This document shows, one piece after another, positions 48,504-58,119 of a stretch of 64,000 bases of DNA. Both the position numbers and the translations under genes were made by a program. Location of the stretch: assembly GCA_040217195.1 (NCBI GenBank), contig JAVJNR010000002.1, positions 128,001-192,000 on the forward strand, read 5' to 3'. This DNA is from Leptospiraceae bacterium (GTDB taxonomy: Bacteria; Spirochaetota; Leptospiria; Leptospirales; Leptonemataceae). The number at the start of each line of letters is the position of its first letter. Position 1 is the stretch's first letter. The notes beneath the pieces are model-generated. The model saw nothing but the letters and a program-made list of their open reading frames with translations, made no database searches and was not told the origin of the DNA.

Positions 48504-49589
48504 ATGCATCCGGGGAGGATGAGACGCACAGTGAATCGACGGTCCCAGAAAGCCGGCCTGCCCCCTGGAAGTCTGGTTCATATCGGACAGGGTAAGGGAG
48601 GCACTGTAATTCAGGGTATGGAGTACGACCACGGAGGCGCCCGGAATCTGTCCTTCGAAGCCCACCCTTCTGGAACTGGAACCCGGATACCTGGCCCTCA
48701 TTCTGGCAAAGTCCTCTGGTTACAGGTGCAGGGGGTAACGGATGCCACCATGATCGAAAATATTGGTCGGAAGTTCGGTCTGCATCCGCTACTGCTGGAA
48801 GATGTAATGAATACGGATCAGCGCCCCAAGGTGGAAGATTACGGGGATCATTTATTCATCGTTCTGCGTGCCCTGGATTTTACTGTAGAGAAAGGCCTGC
48901 AGCAAAAACAGATTTCTCTGGTGCTCGGAAAAGACTATGTTCTTTCATTCGAAGAATCCAGCGAAGAGCATAGTTTTGACGGAGTCATTCGCCGACTTCT
49001 GGATGGGCGAGGCCGCCTGCTTCAGGAAGGTGCGGATTATCTTGCATACACTTTGCTGGATTCTGTGGTGGATCATTATTTCGCCGTACTGGAGGGTGTA
49101 TCCGATCAGATTGAGGCACTGGAAGACGAAGTGTTCTCTGGAGAAGATGATTTACTACCTGCGATTCATAAATTGAAACGAGAATTGATTGCACTACGTA
49201 AGAGTGTTTGGCCATTAAGAGAGGCACTGGTTTTTCTGGACCGTCAACATTCTGCACTGATCGATGAAGATCTTTCCGTGTTTTTCCGGGACATCTACGA
49301 TCACTGCATTCATATAGTGGATACAATCGAATCCTTTCGGGATATGCTTTCCGGTTTGCTGGACGTCCACCTGTCCTCAATCAGCACTCGTTTGAATCAA
49401 GTGATGAAGCTTTTGACTTTGATTACTACAATCTTCATGCCCATGACATTGATCACGGGCATCTATGGAATGAACTTCCATCGAATGCCTTTACTTCAGA
49501 GTAGTCTGGGATTCCCGGTGGTGATTGGGGTCATGGCTCTCATTTCCGGCAGCATGATCTTCTTCTTCCGAAAAAAGCGCTGGCTATAG
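48504..49589 (+). CDS. corA: Magnesium/cobalt transporter CorA
   Basis: KAGLPPG, GLHPL.LED, QRPKVE, GADYLAY.LLD, N.VMK.LT, GIYGMNF; start may be slightly downstream. Confidence 0.96.
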   Translation: MHPGRMRRTVNRRSQKAGLPPGSLVHIGQGKGGTVIQGMEYDHGGARNLSFEAHPSGTGTRIPGPHSGKVLWLQVQGVTDATMIENIGRKFGLHPLLLEDVMNTDQRPKVEDYGDHLFIVLRALDFTVEKGLQQKQISLVLGKDYVLSFEESSEEHSFDGVIRRLLDGRGRLLQEGADYLAYTLLDSVVDHYFAVLEGVSDQIEALEDEVFSGEDDLLPAIHKLKRELIALRKSVWPLREALVFLDRQHSALIDEDLSVFFRDIYDHCIHIVDTIESFRDMLSGLLDVHLSSISTRLNQVMKLLTLITTIFMPMTLITGIYGMNFHRMPLLQSSLGFPVVIGVMALISGSMIFFFRKKRWL

Positions 49590-49595
49590 AGACAG

Positions 49596-50375
49596 TTAAA
49601 GGCCTGTATCTTTCAAGATTCGTTGGGCCACCATCTGTCCTCCGCTGTTGGAAACATGAATTCCATCTTTCCAGCGAGTGGGTCTCTCTGTGCTCAAGTA
49701 ATCTGTGTGGATATATCGGCCACAGCCGGAGTTCTGAATTTTCTGATTATAGAAGCGATTGAATAGCCTGGTTTTATCGTGATAGGCTTTTGGCTTCATG
49801 GGAGGCATTCCAACCCAGAATACTTTGCCGGTTTCATTGCAGAGTCTTCCAAAAAACTCATCGAATCTTAATGAGTATTGTTGCCACCAGAGAGCCACAT
49901 CAGGTCCGAAAGGCAGCCTCTTGCCCTCATGTTTGAGCCATCGACCGTCATTGGAACCCAGCATAACTATAATTGCATTAAAGTCTCCCGAAGACAAAAG
50001 CTCCTGACTCTTGTACTGCCAGTCGAAGAAGTGAGTCCAGGTAAGTCCGGTGGATTTTTTAACAAAGTATGTAACCTGATACCCCTTGTTTTCCAGACCT
50101 TTTTTTAGAGCCGGTCCAATGCCAAATTGCATCATGGAATCGCCAATGATCAGAATCTCAGGTTTCCTTCCGGGGACTAGCGGATCGGGCTGAGACGGCG
50201 CCAAACCCTGTCGGGTATTGTCTTCAGCCTGCGTGTGTACCAACGAATCTCTGCTCTCTGCTCCTGGTAGATCACAGCCAGTAAAAACCAGAGCAGATAA
50301 TAAAATAGAAATTACTGAGGCAGAAAGAAAGGAAGTCAGCGCCCGGCCCGGAGTCATTCGAAAATCAAAGGACAT
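49596..50375 (-). CDS. SGNH/GDSL hydrolase-like lipoprotein (DUF459-like)
   Basis: Lipobox FTGC; IIGDSM, STGL, MLGSND, WVGMPPM, DGIH. Confidence 0.85.
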   Translation of the reverse strand: MSFDFRMTPGRALTSFLSASVISILLSALVFTGCDLPGAESRDSLVHTQAEDNTRQGLAPSQPDPLVPGRKPEILIIGDSMMQFGIGPALKKGLENKGYQVTYFVKKSTGLTWTHFFDWQYKSQELLSSGDFNAIIVMLGSNDGRWLKHEGKRLPFGPDVALWWQQYSLRFDEFFGRLCNETGKVFWVGMPPMKPKAYHDKTRLFNRFYNQKIQNSGCGRYIHTDYLSTERPTRWKDGIHVSNSGGQMVAQRILKDTGL

Positions 50376-50405
50376 AAGTACGGAATTCCGGGCCCGGCAA
50401 GCCGG

Positions 50406-51104
50406 TCAGCTTCTTTTTCTCTTCCAGAGATAGGCCCCCCCGGCCAGCAGGAGGATTACAATAAGGGAGGCGATCCACAACCTTATTTGATATTGTTCTT
50501 CTGAGATGGTGCTTTCTGGCGGTGCTATCCAGGACAACCCGGCCAGCACATCTTCCACCAGCGATCGGGCCCGGGATTCATTGTTCTGGAACTCACCACT
50601 GGCCGGAATGACGATCACTCGATACTCAAGATTCCTGCTGGCAAAGTAGGCCTCATAGCTTTGAAGCTTTTTTCCCTGGGAGAATCTGGTATTGGAATAC
50701 AAGACTCCCTGAATCTCTCCCTCCAGGTGAAGTCGTTTAATCTCCTGAACACCTGGGCGAACTACAATTCGTGAGGTCTGGTTGGTTCTACTTTCGTTAA
50801 ATGTGCAGAACACGGCCAATTCCAGACCAGCTCCATTTCGCGCAAGAAGTGAGGTTTTCGTTTCTTCTACAATTTTAAATTCTGCCGGAATATAAAATGC
50901 GATGTTGCAAGGTTCAATGACTGTGGGTTTCGACTCAGCGTGCACTGTCCAGGGTAGAACCAGAAAAATCAGAATCAGAATCGGCTTACCAGTAAGAGTC
51001 ACTGTTCGGGCTGAAGCAGGCTTTCCAGGACTCGGTCGGGCCAGGCAGAGGCCTCCTTCGTTTATCTGTTTTCTGGAAACTGGATTTGATAGGATCCGGT
51101 TCAT
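50406..51104 (-). CDS. Exported hypothetical protein with C-terminal membrane anchor
   Basis: Signal-like segment ending VHA; C-terminal TM plus KRKRS; start uncertain. Confidence 0.65.
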   Translation of the reverse strand: MNRILSNPVSRKQINEGGLCLARPSPGKPASARTVTLTGKPILILIFLVLPWTVHAESKPTVIEPCNIAFYIPAEFKIVEETKTSLLARNGAGLELAVFCTFNESRTNQTSRIVVRPGVQEIKRLHLEGEIQGVLYSNTRFSQGKKLQSYEAYFASRNLEYRVIVIPASGEFQNNESRARSLVEDVLAGLSWIAPPESTISEEQYQIRLWIASLIVILLLAGGAYLWKRKRS

Positions 51105-51280
51105 GGGTTACATTTCTTCTATAACGGCTCTGAGAGGCATCATAAAAAAGTGGTCCCTGGCTGATTTGATCCATTTGTCCCATCGCCGCCGGCCTTTTCG
51201 AATTTATCTGAATCGCTTGAATTTAGCGAAGCGTCCGATAGATTGACTGAACCCAATCCATGGGCATTCGAGGTTTCAAT

Positions 51281-52516
51281 ATGGTATCCAGACTCAGTAT
51301 TGTTCTACTGCTCGCAATATTACCTTTCACCGCAAGTTGCGAGGGCCTGAGAGCGACTTTGATTGGATGGTTTTCCCCGGAGTATACTCCTGAGGGAAAA
51401 ATAACCGATCTCAAACCGGAGTTCTCCGGACCGGACAGCCGAAGAGTTCAGATACAGATTCAGCTGGCTGAAATGGCTTCCGGCTTTCCACAGCTTACAG
51501 AGCTGGCCTTTCATCCTGCATCGGATCGCCATCTATTTCTGGTTCAAAAAAACGGTAAGCTTTCATTGCTGGATTTGAAGACCGGAGAAGCTCAGGAATT
51601 GCTAAAGATTCAGGTTCCCGTGGTCTCTGAGCAGGGGCTGTTGGGCATCGCATTGCATCCTCGCTTTCTCACCAATGGATATATATTCCTGAATTATTCT
51701 GTGGAAGACGGCGACCGTCGCTTTAGCCGAGTTTCTAGATGGAAACTGGATAATCCCGGAGATGTTTTTTCCCCTGGCCGTCTCACCGGGGAGACAGTCT
51801 TTATGGAAGTGGATCAGCCCTATCAGAACCACAATGCAGGCCGTCTGGATTTCGGGCCTGACGGAATGCTGTACATTGGTTGGGGCGATGGGGGCTGGAA
51901 AGATGATCCGGATGAAAACGGTCAGAATCCGCGAACCCTTCTGGGTGCCATGCTTCGCATCGATGTAGACCAGCAGGAAAACGGTAAGCCTTATGCGATT
52001 CCAAAAGACAATCCGTATTTCACCACTCACAAGAACTGGGCCAGAGAGATATGGGCCATTGGTTTGCGAAACCCCTGGAAATATAGTTTCGGTCCTTCAG
52101 GACAATTGATCGTTGCTGACGTGGGGCAGGATGCTTACGAAGAGGTATCAATCATTGAAAAAGGAGATAACCTGGGCTGGAACACCATGGAGGCCAATCA
52201 TTGCTTTGATCCAGAGGAAGGCTGCAATCGAAGCGGTCTGAAGACTGCGATATTTGAGTACGGCCGTGAAGAAGGACAGTCCATCACTGGAGGATACGTC
52301 TATCTTGGTAGTCGCACTGAACTGAAAGGAAAGTACATTTTCGGTGATTTTGTTAAAGGCCGGATCTGGGCCATCGATCTACCCGCGGACAACCAACCTG
52401 TGGAAGCTTATGCGTTGGGCAAGTGGCCTCTGTTGATTTCTACCTTTGCCCGAGACTCCGCCGGCGAAGTCTACGTAGCGGATTTCGCATCTGGAAAGAT
52501 CTACAGAATTCTCTAA
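51281..52516 (+). CDS. PQQ-dependent glucose/sorbosone dehydrogenase family lipoprotein
   Basis: Lipobox TASC; EQGLLGIALHP.F, NHNAG.L.FGPDG.LY...GDGG, GLRNPW, DVGQ...EE, N.GW, SITGG.VY.G. Confidence 0.92.
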   Translation: MVSRLSIVLLLAILPFTASCEGLRATLIGWFSPEYTPEGKITDLKPEFSGPDSRRVQIQIQLAEMASGFPQLTELAFHPASDRHLFLVQKNGKLSLLDLKTGEAQELLKIQVPVVSEQGLLGIALHPRFLTNGYIFLNYSVEDGDRRFSRVSRWKLDNPGDVFSPGRLTGETVFMEVDQPYQNHNAGRLDFGPDGMLYIGWGDGGWKDDPDENGQNPRTLLGAMLRIDVDQQENGKPYAIPKDNPYFTTHKNWAREIWAIGLRNPWKYSFGPSGQLIVADVGQDAYEEVSIIEKGDNLGWNTMEANHCFDPEEGCNRSGLKTAIFEYGREEGQSITGGYVYLGSRTELKGKYIFGDFVKGRIWAIDLPADNQPVEAYALGKWPLLISTFARDSAGEVYVADFASGKIYRIL

Positions 52517-52532
52517 TTGGCGCCAGGCGAGC

Positions 52533-52560
52533 ATGCATCTACCAATTCTGGTGGATGCAT
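52533..52560. other. Stem-loop just after the GSDH gene (possible terminator or RNA-stability hairpin)
   Basis: ATGCATCTACCA-ATTC-TGGTGGATGCAT; no T-run. Confidence 0.45.
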
Positions 52561-52829
52561 CGTAGGCCCGATTGGAATTCTTTGACCGGGGAGCTCAAAG
52601 AGATGCCGGTTCTTGACCGCCCCGGACCGCCCCGGGGCAGGCTCCGTGGTTAAAACCGCCTTCAATGAGATATTTTAAGGCACATTTTTTGCCCAGGAAG
52701 GCTAATTTTTTTCATCGAATGCCCGATTTTTTGGAGGATGCCGGGGCGGTTTTTGCTACTCTGGCGGTACGAGGGGGCTGTGCTCAGTTCCTTCAGGGCC
52801 TTCGGGCCACTTAAACCGTGGAGGTGTGT

Positions 52830-53375
52830 ATGCGGACTTTTCCCGTCACACTGACGCTATTGTTTGCCAGTATGGGAATGCTCGATGCCGAGGTTTACCA
52901 GAAAGGGCCAGTAGCTATACAGGAAGAATCCAACGAGATTCGCCAGCTGCTGCTGGATCCGCCTGAGGGAGAACTATCCGACCTCAAGGATGCTTTAAAT
53001 GTCTGCTGCAAGAGTCCTTCTCTGGCTTTGATGGAGCTGGCGGACGATCCTACAAATCTTGCAAGGGTTAGAATTCTGTCTCTGGCCCTTCTTTCGGAAT
53101 ATCCTGGAAAGGAAGTGAAAAGCTACCTTCTTTCCGTAGTCAGGAATGAATCCGCCCATCCAACCTTCAGGGGCTGGGCTCTGCAGAGTTATGCTCGCGG
53201 ATTTGCTCAGACAGAATCGGAAGAGGTACGAGCGAATATCAAGCCTTACCTTTCGGATCTGGAGCCCATGTTAAGGGCTCGGGCAGAAACATCCATGGAA
53301 TACATTGTGCAGAACCGCTCTACGGGCGGCTCCGATCCGATGAAGCCCATGATCTCCCTTCTGCTGGAGGACTGA
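52830..53375 (+). CDS. Exported hypothetical protein with HEAT-like helices
   Basis: GGAGG SD, signal peptide, repeated D....VR..A..L-type helices. Confidence 0.7.
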   Translation: MRTFPVTLTLLFASMGMLDAEVYQKGPVAIQEESNEIRQLLLDPPEGELSDLKDALNVCCKSPSLALMELADDPTNLARVRILSLALLSEYPGKEVKSYLLSVVRNESAHPTFRGWALQSYARGFAQTESEEVRANIKPYLSDLEPMLRARAETSMEYIVQNRSTGGSDPMKPMISLLLED

Positions 53376-53565
53376 TAACTTCTTTCTGACCTGGCCGGAG
53401 ACCAGCAACGGGCTCCGGTTTTTTCACTCCATCTGCCCTGGGCTATGGCCATCACCGAAACCTGGATAATCTCCTGGAGCAACGACGGATAAATCCCGGG
53501 CCATTTCAATTCACCACGGATATGCAAAAAGGCAGACTTCTGACAATCCTGGTCGTCTAAAATCT

Positions 53566-54525
53566 GTGGCTGGAACCCTAAACGTAACTAAGATTCTCAG
53601 ATATATATTTGACCGGGCCGGAAGCGCCCTTCGGTCTTTGAATCGTTTCGGGCCAGGGGATGCTGGTTACTTTGCTTTCTTACTGTTGTCTGCGCTATTG
53701 TTAATTGCACAATGCAGCGATCCTGGCCAGGCCATGCCAGTCCAACGAGACCAGAGACTTCATCCAGTTGCCGAGAAAACCATAGGAACCATTGCTGCAC
53801 CGGAAGGATATTTTCGCCTGGAACCTGTAGATGGCTTTGCCCTATATTTGAGAAATCTTGCATTACTCCCGAATAATACGGTTCTTCTATTTAACGGACA
53901 AAATAAACGTAATCAGACCGCGCAATATCGAGTCATAGATCTTTCTGTCGGTGATAAAGATTTGCAGCAATGTGCGGATGCACTGATCCGACTACGTGCC
54001 GAGTACCTGTGGTCGGTTGATCGCTTTAAGGAGATTCGCTTTCGCTTTACCAGCGGTGATCCATCCAGCTATTTGCAATGGAGCCGGGGCTACAGACCCC
54101 GCATTAATGGAAATCAGGTAAAATTTCGCAAAGTCGCTACGCCGGCGCATTCCAGGGCTGCCTTTATGCGATATCTGGAGAATCTATTCACCTATGCTGG
54201 TACGATTTCGCTGGCTCTGGATTCCACCAAAGTGACCGGAACACCTGTAGCGGGAGATTTCTTTCTGGAGAGCGGCTCTCCAGGTCATGCAGTTATGATC
54301 CTCGATTCGGTGGAAAATAAGGAAGGTCACAGATTGTATCTTCTCGGGCAAAGCTACTTGCCCGCTCAGCAGTTTCATGTATTGAAGAATCCAGGTAGAG
54401 GAGAACCAGTGCCAGGAAAAGAATCCTCCGGGCCTGTATGGTATGATCTAAAGCCAGCAACCAGAACGCAAACCCCGGAATGGGTGTTTCCGGCCTATAG
54501 CTTGAGACGGTGGAAGCAGGAATAA
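53566..54525 (+). CDS. DUF4846-like exported protein
   Basis: P.GY.R, YLR.L.L, DLQQCADA.IRLRAEYL, YAGT.SL, GSPGHAV, QSYLPAQ..H; start uncertain. Confidence 0.8.
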   Translation: MAGTLNVTKILRYIFDRAGSALRSLNRFGPGDAGYFAFLLLSALLLIAQCSDPGQAMPVQRDQRLHPVAEKTIGTIAAPEGYFRLEPVDGFALYLRNLALLPNNTVLLFNGQNKRNQTAQYRVIDLSVGDKDLQQCADALIRLRAEYLWSVDRFKEIRFRFTSGDPSSYLQWSRGYRPRINGNQVKFRKVATPAHSRAAFMRYLENLFTYAGTISLALDSTKVTGTPVAGDFFLESGSPGHAVMILDSVENKEGHRLYLLGQSYLPAQQFHVLKNPGRGEPVPGKESSGPVWYDLKPATRTQTPEWVFPAYSLRRWKQE

Positions 54526-54555
54526 AAAATAAGACCGGGAGTATCCCCGGTCCTT
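54523..54555 (-). terminator. Intrinsic terminator of the alk operon (possibly bidirectional)
   Basis: GACCGGG-AGTATC-CCCGGTC hairpin preceded on the plus strand by an A-run (U-run on minus). Confidence 0.65.
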
Positions 54556-54656
54556 AGCTGTCCTGATTCGACATTAGAGGAGTCGCAACTGGATTTATTT
54601 TGGGTGGAAACCGAGGATCAGAAAGTTGGACTAAACTGATCCTGTTTATCGGTGCT

Positions 54657-55703
54657 CTAGCTGGTGGCTCCGGCCAGCAAATGGCTGGAGTCCGTAAATC
54701 GATCGAAATGAATGCTCTCTTGTTGTATCCCGGCGGCCTTCAGGTGCTCCAGGGCTGAATCGATCATCCCAGGGGGGCCGCAAAGATATGCATGATGGTC
54801 AGACAGATCAGGTATTTCCTGGATCAGGTCGGTGACCAGGCCTCTGCGTCCGGACCAATCACTTCCTTCTGGTTCATGGCTTAGTACTGGTATGAAATCG
54901 AATTTACCCTGCCATTTTCGAGTGGCATTTTGAATCTCTTCTGTGGCGTACAGATCCGCCTGGGTCCTTGCACCAAATAGATACGTTGCATTTCTTTTCA
55001 AATCATCCCCTCCGGCGGATTCCAGGATGGAGAGAATCGGTGCCATACCGCTGCCACCCGCTATGAAAAGAAGAGGTTGCCTGGCCGGCTTGAGCTGGAA
55101 TTCTCCAAAGGGGCCGCCCAGCACCAGGGAAGCACCTACCCGATCCTTTGCGAATAGCCATTCCGTAAATTGGCCGCCCGGTACCTTTCTAATATGGAAT
55201 CGAACTTCTCGATTCCCCTGAGGCAGTGCCCTGGCAGCGAAGGAGTAATTCCGAGGTCTATCCAGCTCTGCAAAGGAAATGTCAGCGTATTGTCCGGCTG
55301 TATAATATATGCTTCGGTCCAGGGCTACAGTGATTCCCAGAATATCATGAGTAAGATCATCTATCCTGGTAATTGTGCCGGTAAACTCTTCAGCTGCGGC
55401 TTCACCCAGTTCTACATCGATGGTTAAATCACATTTCGGAATGGACTGACAGGCCAGGATGGATCCGTTCTGAATATCTTCCATACTGAGCACATACGCA
55501 GTGTCAGTCAGCTCCTTGATCTTACCATCCAGTAGTTTGGTTTTGCAGCTGGTACAGGATCCAACGCGGCAGCGATGCGGATAGCTCAGCCCCTGGTCCA
55601 GGGCAGCCTGAAGAATAGTCGTTTTATTGCCCACCTGGAGTTCATCGCCAGTGCTTTGAATCTTCACTGTGTAGCTCTCAGGTTTCTTTGAAAATAGTCC
55701 CAT
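54657..55703 (-). CDS. 2Fe-2S ferredoxin-FAD/NAD reductase (XylA-like monooxygenase electron-transfer component)
   Basis: CRVGSCTSC...LACQ, GQY, RNYS, GPFG.F, IAGGSGMAP, YLCGPPGMI, FDRF. Confidence 0.93.
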   Translation of the reverse strand: MGLFSKKPESYTVKIQSTGDELQVGNKTTILQAALDQGLSYPHRCRVGSCTSCKTKLLDGKIKELTDTAYVLSMEDIQNGSILACQSIPKCDLTIDVELGEAAAEEFTGTITRIDDLTHDILGITVALDRSIYYTAGQYADISFAELDRPRNYSFAARALPQGNREVRFHIRKVPGGQFTEWLFAKDRVGASLVLGGPFGEFQLKPARQPLLFIAGGSGMAPILSILESAGGDDLKRNATYLFGARTQADLYATEEIQNATRKWQGKFDFIPVLSHEPEGSDWSGRRGLVTDLIQEIPDLSDHHAYLCGPPGMIDSALEHLKAAGIQQESIHFDRFTDSSHLLAGATS

Positions 55704-55784
55704 GGTTTCCCCCTACTCTGAAGACCGGCAGCGCCGAATGGCGCCACCAGCTTCGAACAGCGTACTGGCAGGATGCTGCTTCTA

Positions 55785-56951
55785 TCAGGCAGCCGCCTTT
55801 TCTATATTTACGTTTCCCAGGATTTGATTCCTGCGAGAAAGAACTTCAAGTTCTTCGCGTGATGCATGCTTCTCATCCCATTCTTTGAGTTTTGGGTTGA
55901 TGCTGGCCTTCCATACCGGTGGAACCATAGCTGCGAAGATTGTTGTCAGATATCCATAAGGCATTTCGGGAGCTTCTGGATATGGTTTGAGATTCCAGAA
56001 AGGCAGGTCTCCTTTCTCATGGTGCGCACTGTGTCGCGTGAGAGAGAACAACACCATACTGGAAACTACCTTGTTTGTATTCCAGGAATGTCGTGGCATG
56101 ACTGGCTGTCCGGGAACCCGCACCAGGCCGTAGTGTTCAATGTAGTTCACAACCTCGAATACGATTTTGGCCCAGGTGGCCTGTGCCATATAGATACCCA
56201 CTCCGAGCCATCCGGCTGCTGCATAAAAAGCGGCGGCATAAGTCAGACTCATCAAATAACCGGTAAGCATGCGGTTTCGGGGACCAAAGACCCAGTACCC
56301 TTTTTTCTTCAATCGACCGCTTTCCAGTCTCCAGGCGCTCAGATGCCCCAGCACAGTGGACTTAACCAAGAATACATACAGATTGTCGCCGCGCTGCGCA
56401 CTTGCAGGATCATGCTCGGTTGCAATCGTTTCATGATGTCCATAAACATGCTCGATACTAAAATCTGCATTGTTGCTCATGGCCAGCATCCATCGTCCCC
56501 AGGTCATAGAAAGAGGATCGGTGGTTCTATGGGTTAGTTCATGTGCGATGTTGGTGCCATATCCAGCCACGGTAAACCCGGTGCCCAGAATAGCTCCCAG
56601 AAGGTGATACCAGGTGCTGGACTGTCGTGCTTCGAATACATCATATCCAGTTAGGCTTTGAATCATGCTGCCCAGACCCAGAAAATCGGAAATTCCGCTC
56701 TGAGTGGCCCAGGCCAGTCCCCACAGGGTTACCAGTAGAAATGGTAATGCCAGAAATAGCACGAGGTTCAGAATCCACTTATGATTGTAGGTGGGTTCCG
56801 AAAGATCATCCTTGAATAGACCGTCACCGCCGATCATTACCAGGCAGATGATTCCAACGCCGAGCCACATATAAGGCCCGCCCATGATCGTTCCGATAAA
56901 GACTCCCGATAGCATAATCGGGGTCATAAACTGTTTTATATACTTCAACAT
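55785..56951 (-). CDS. alkB: Membrane non-heme diiron monooxygenase, AlkB/XylM family
   Basis: His boxes HELTH, EHVYGHH, NYIEHYG, LTRHSAHH; RHSWN; P.MPYGY; multiple TM. Confidence 0.9.
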   Translation of the reverse strand: MLKYIKQFMTPIMLSGVFIGTIMGGPYMWLGVGIICLVMIGGDGLFKDDLSEPTYNHKWILNLVLFLALPFLLVTLWGLAWATQSGISDFLGLGSMIQSLTGYDVFEARQSSTWYHLLGAILGTGFTVAGYGTNIAHELTHRTTDPLSMTWGRWMLAMSNNADFSIEHVYGHHETIATEHDPASAQRGDNLYVFLVKSTVLGHLSAWRLESGRLKKKGYWVFGPRNRMLTGYLMSLTYAAAFYAAAGWLGVGIYMAQATWAKIVFEVVNYIEHYGLVRVPGQPVMPRHSWNTNKVVSSMVLFSLTRHSAHHEKGDLPFWNLKPYPEAPEMPYGYLTTIFAAMVPPVWKASINPKLKEWDEKHASREELEVLSRRNQILGNVNIEKAAA

Positions 56952-56980
56952 CCTTTTTCTCCTTACGCAGTTCTCTTCCT

Positions 56981-57700
56981 TTAGCTGTCTTTCTCAGCTT
57001 TTTCGCTCTTTTCCTGTGCTCCTTCCAGAGACTGGTTCAAATCTGAATCTCTTTCTCTTTGAAGAGCAGGCAGAAACAGAGCGCTTGCCAGAATCTGCAA
57101 AATATCCTGGAAGCGTTCTTTTAGTTTCTCTTCATCCCGATTGACTACACTTTCGATGGAAAGCCCCACAATGCTTGTGTGTACAAGCATTGCCAATCGC
57201 TCAAGAGGCATGATTAGCTGGTCCTTGAAAGGTCCCAGAGCCGATTCGACGACCTGAAGAATAAGATCCTTTTCAAGCTCCACGTATTCCTGCATTGTTC
57301 GTTGCAGCGTTTCATTGTGCGTTGCCGTTGCGTACATCTCTGTGAGAAAGGCAACCCTCACTTCATTTGTAAGCAGTCGGTCAAACAGCCCCTGGGCTGC
57401 ATCCAGTGCCATGGTCAGGGAAGGAGTTCCTCCGGTGAGGTTGTCCTTTACTTCCTGTGCCACCTCATTGGAGAGCAGTCGCAACGATTGCAGCATCAGT
57501 TCTTCTTTTGAATGAAAATGATAGTGCAGCAATGCCTTGCTTACGCCCGCGGAGCTGGCAATTTCCTTCATGGAAGCCCCTTCGTAGCCAAGCCTGGAAA
57601 TGGTATCGATGGTTGCCTGAAGAATCCGTTCTATGGTTTCTGCAGCTTCCGCCGACCGTCCGGTGCTTTCTGGAGTCTGCTTTTGATCTTTCTCTGTCAT
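56981..57700 (-). CDS. TetR/AcrR family regulator
   Basis: RILQA......GYEGASMKEIA..AGVSKALLHYHF.SKEEL. Confidence 0.95.
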   Translation of the reverse strand: MTEKDQKQTPESTGRSAEAAETIERILQATIDTISRLGYEGASMKEIASSAGVSKALLHYHFHSKEELMLQSLRLLSNEVAQEVKDNLTGGTPSLTMALDAAQGLFDRLLTNEVRVAFLTEMYATATHNETLQRTMQEYVELEKDLILQVVESALGPFKDQLIMPLERLAMLVHTSIVGLSIESVVNRDEEKLKERFQDILQILASALFLPALQRERDSDLNQSLEGAQEKSEKAEKDS

Positions 57701-57707
57701 CGATCGA

Positions 57708-57737
57708 AATATACTGGCTGGCCGGTCAGTCAGTCAA
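57708..57737 (-). promoter_or_regulatory. Sigma70-type promoter of tetR-alkB with an overlapping palindromic operator
   Basis: Minus strand TTGACT-18 nt-TATATT-7 nt-ATG; imperfect inverted repeat ACTGGCTGGCC/GGTCAGTCAGT at 57713-57734. Confidence 0.7.
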
Positions 57738-58119
57738 CAAAAAATACCAAAAAATAGCAAAAACGGAACCAGCTACGGACTTCAGACCTGGGAACTGCCT
57801 CTGAATAGCCTGTTGAGAGCGGATTTCCTTCTAATCTCTGCTTTTCGGAAGGGGTATGGCCGTGGCTATTCTGGCACAGAACCAGGGGGCGGATCGGCTA
57901 AATGCAATGGATCAGTGGACTCTCCTGGCGGAAAGCCCTGATTCTGCTGCGGTGGAGCCTGATCTGGTTCGGGGGATCTGAGGACAATGGTAGGCGAAGA
58001 ATTGGGCCGGTTGAAAGTAAATCTGAGAAAATTCTCGTCTATGTATCTAAGAATATAGTGGTTGCTTTATATGCTGCTCTGGCATTAGAGCATCGCCATT
58101 GAATTTACTGGAGTCTCCC

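Noticed and set aside
52615..52634. GACCGCCCCG x2 tandem repeat
   Set aside because: Only two 10-bp copies in GC-rich intergenic DNA, with no function supportable
55866..56537. Long antisense ORFs (also 30633-31298, 43529-44164, 16612-17235, 32737-33330)
   Set aside because: All are antisense to well-supported genes and show no recognisable domains
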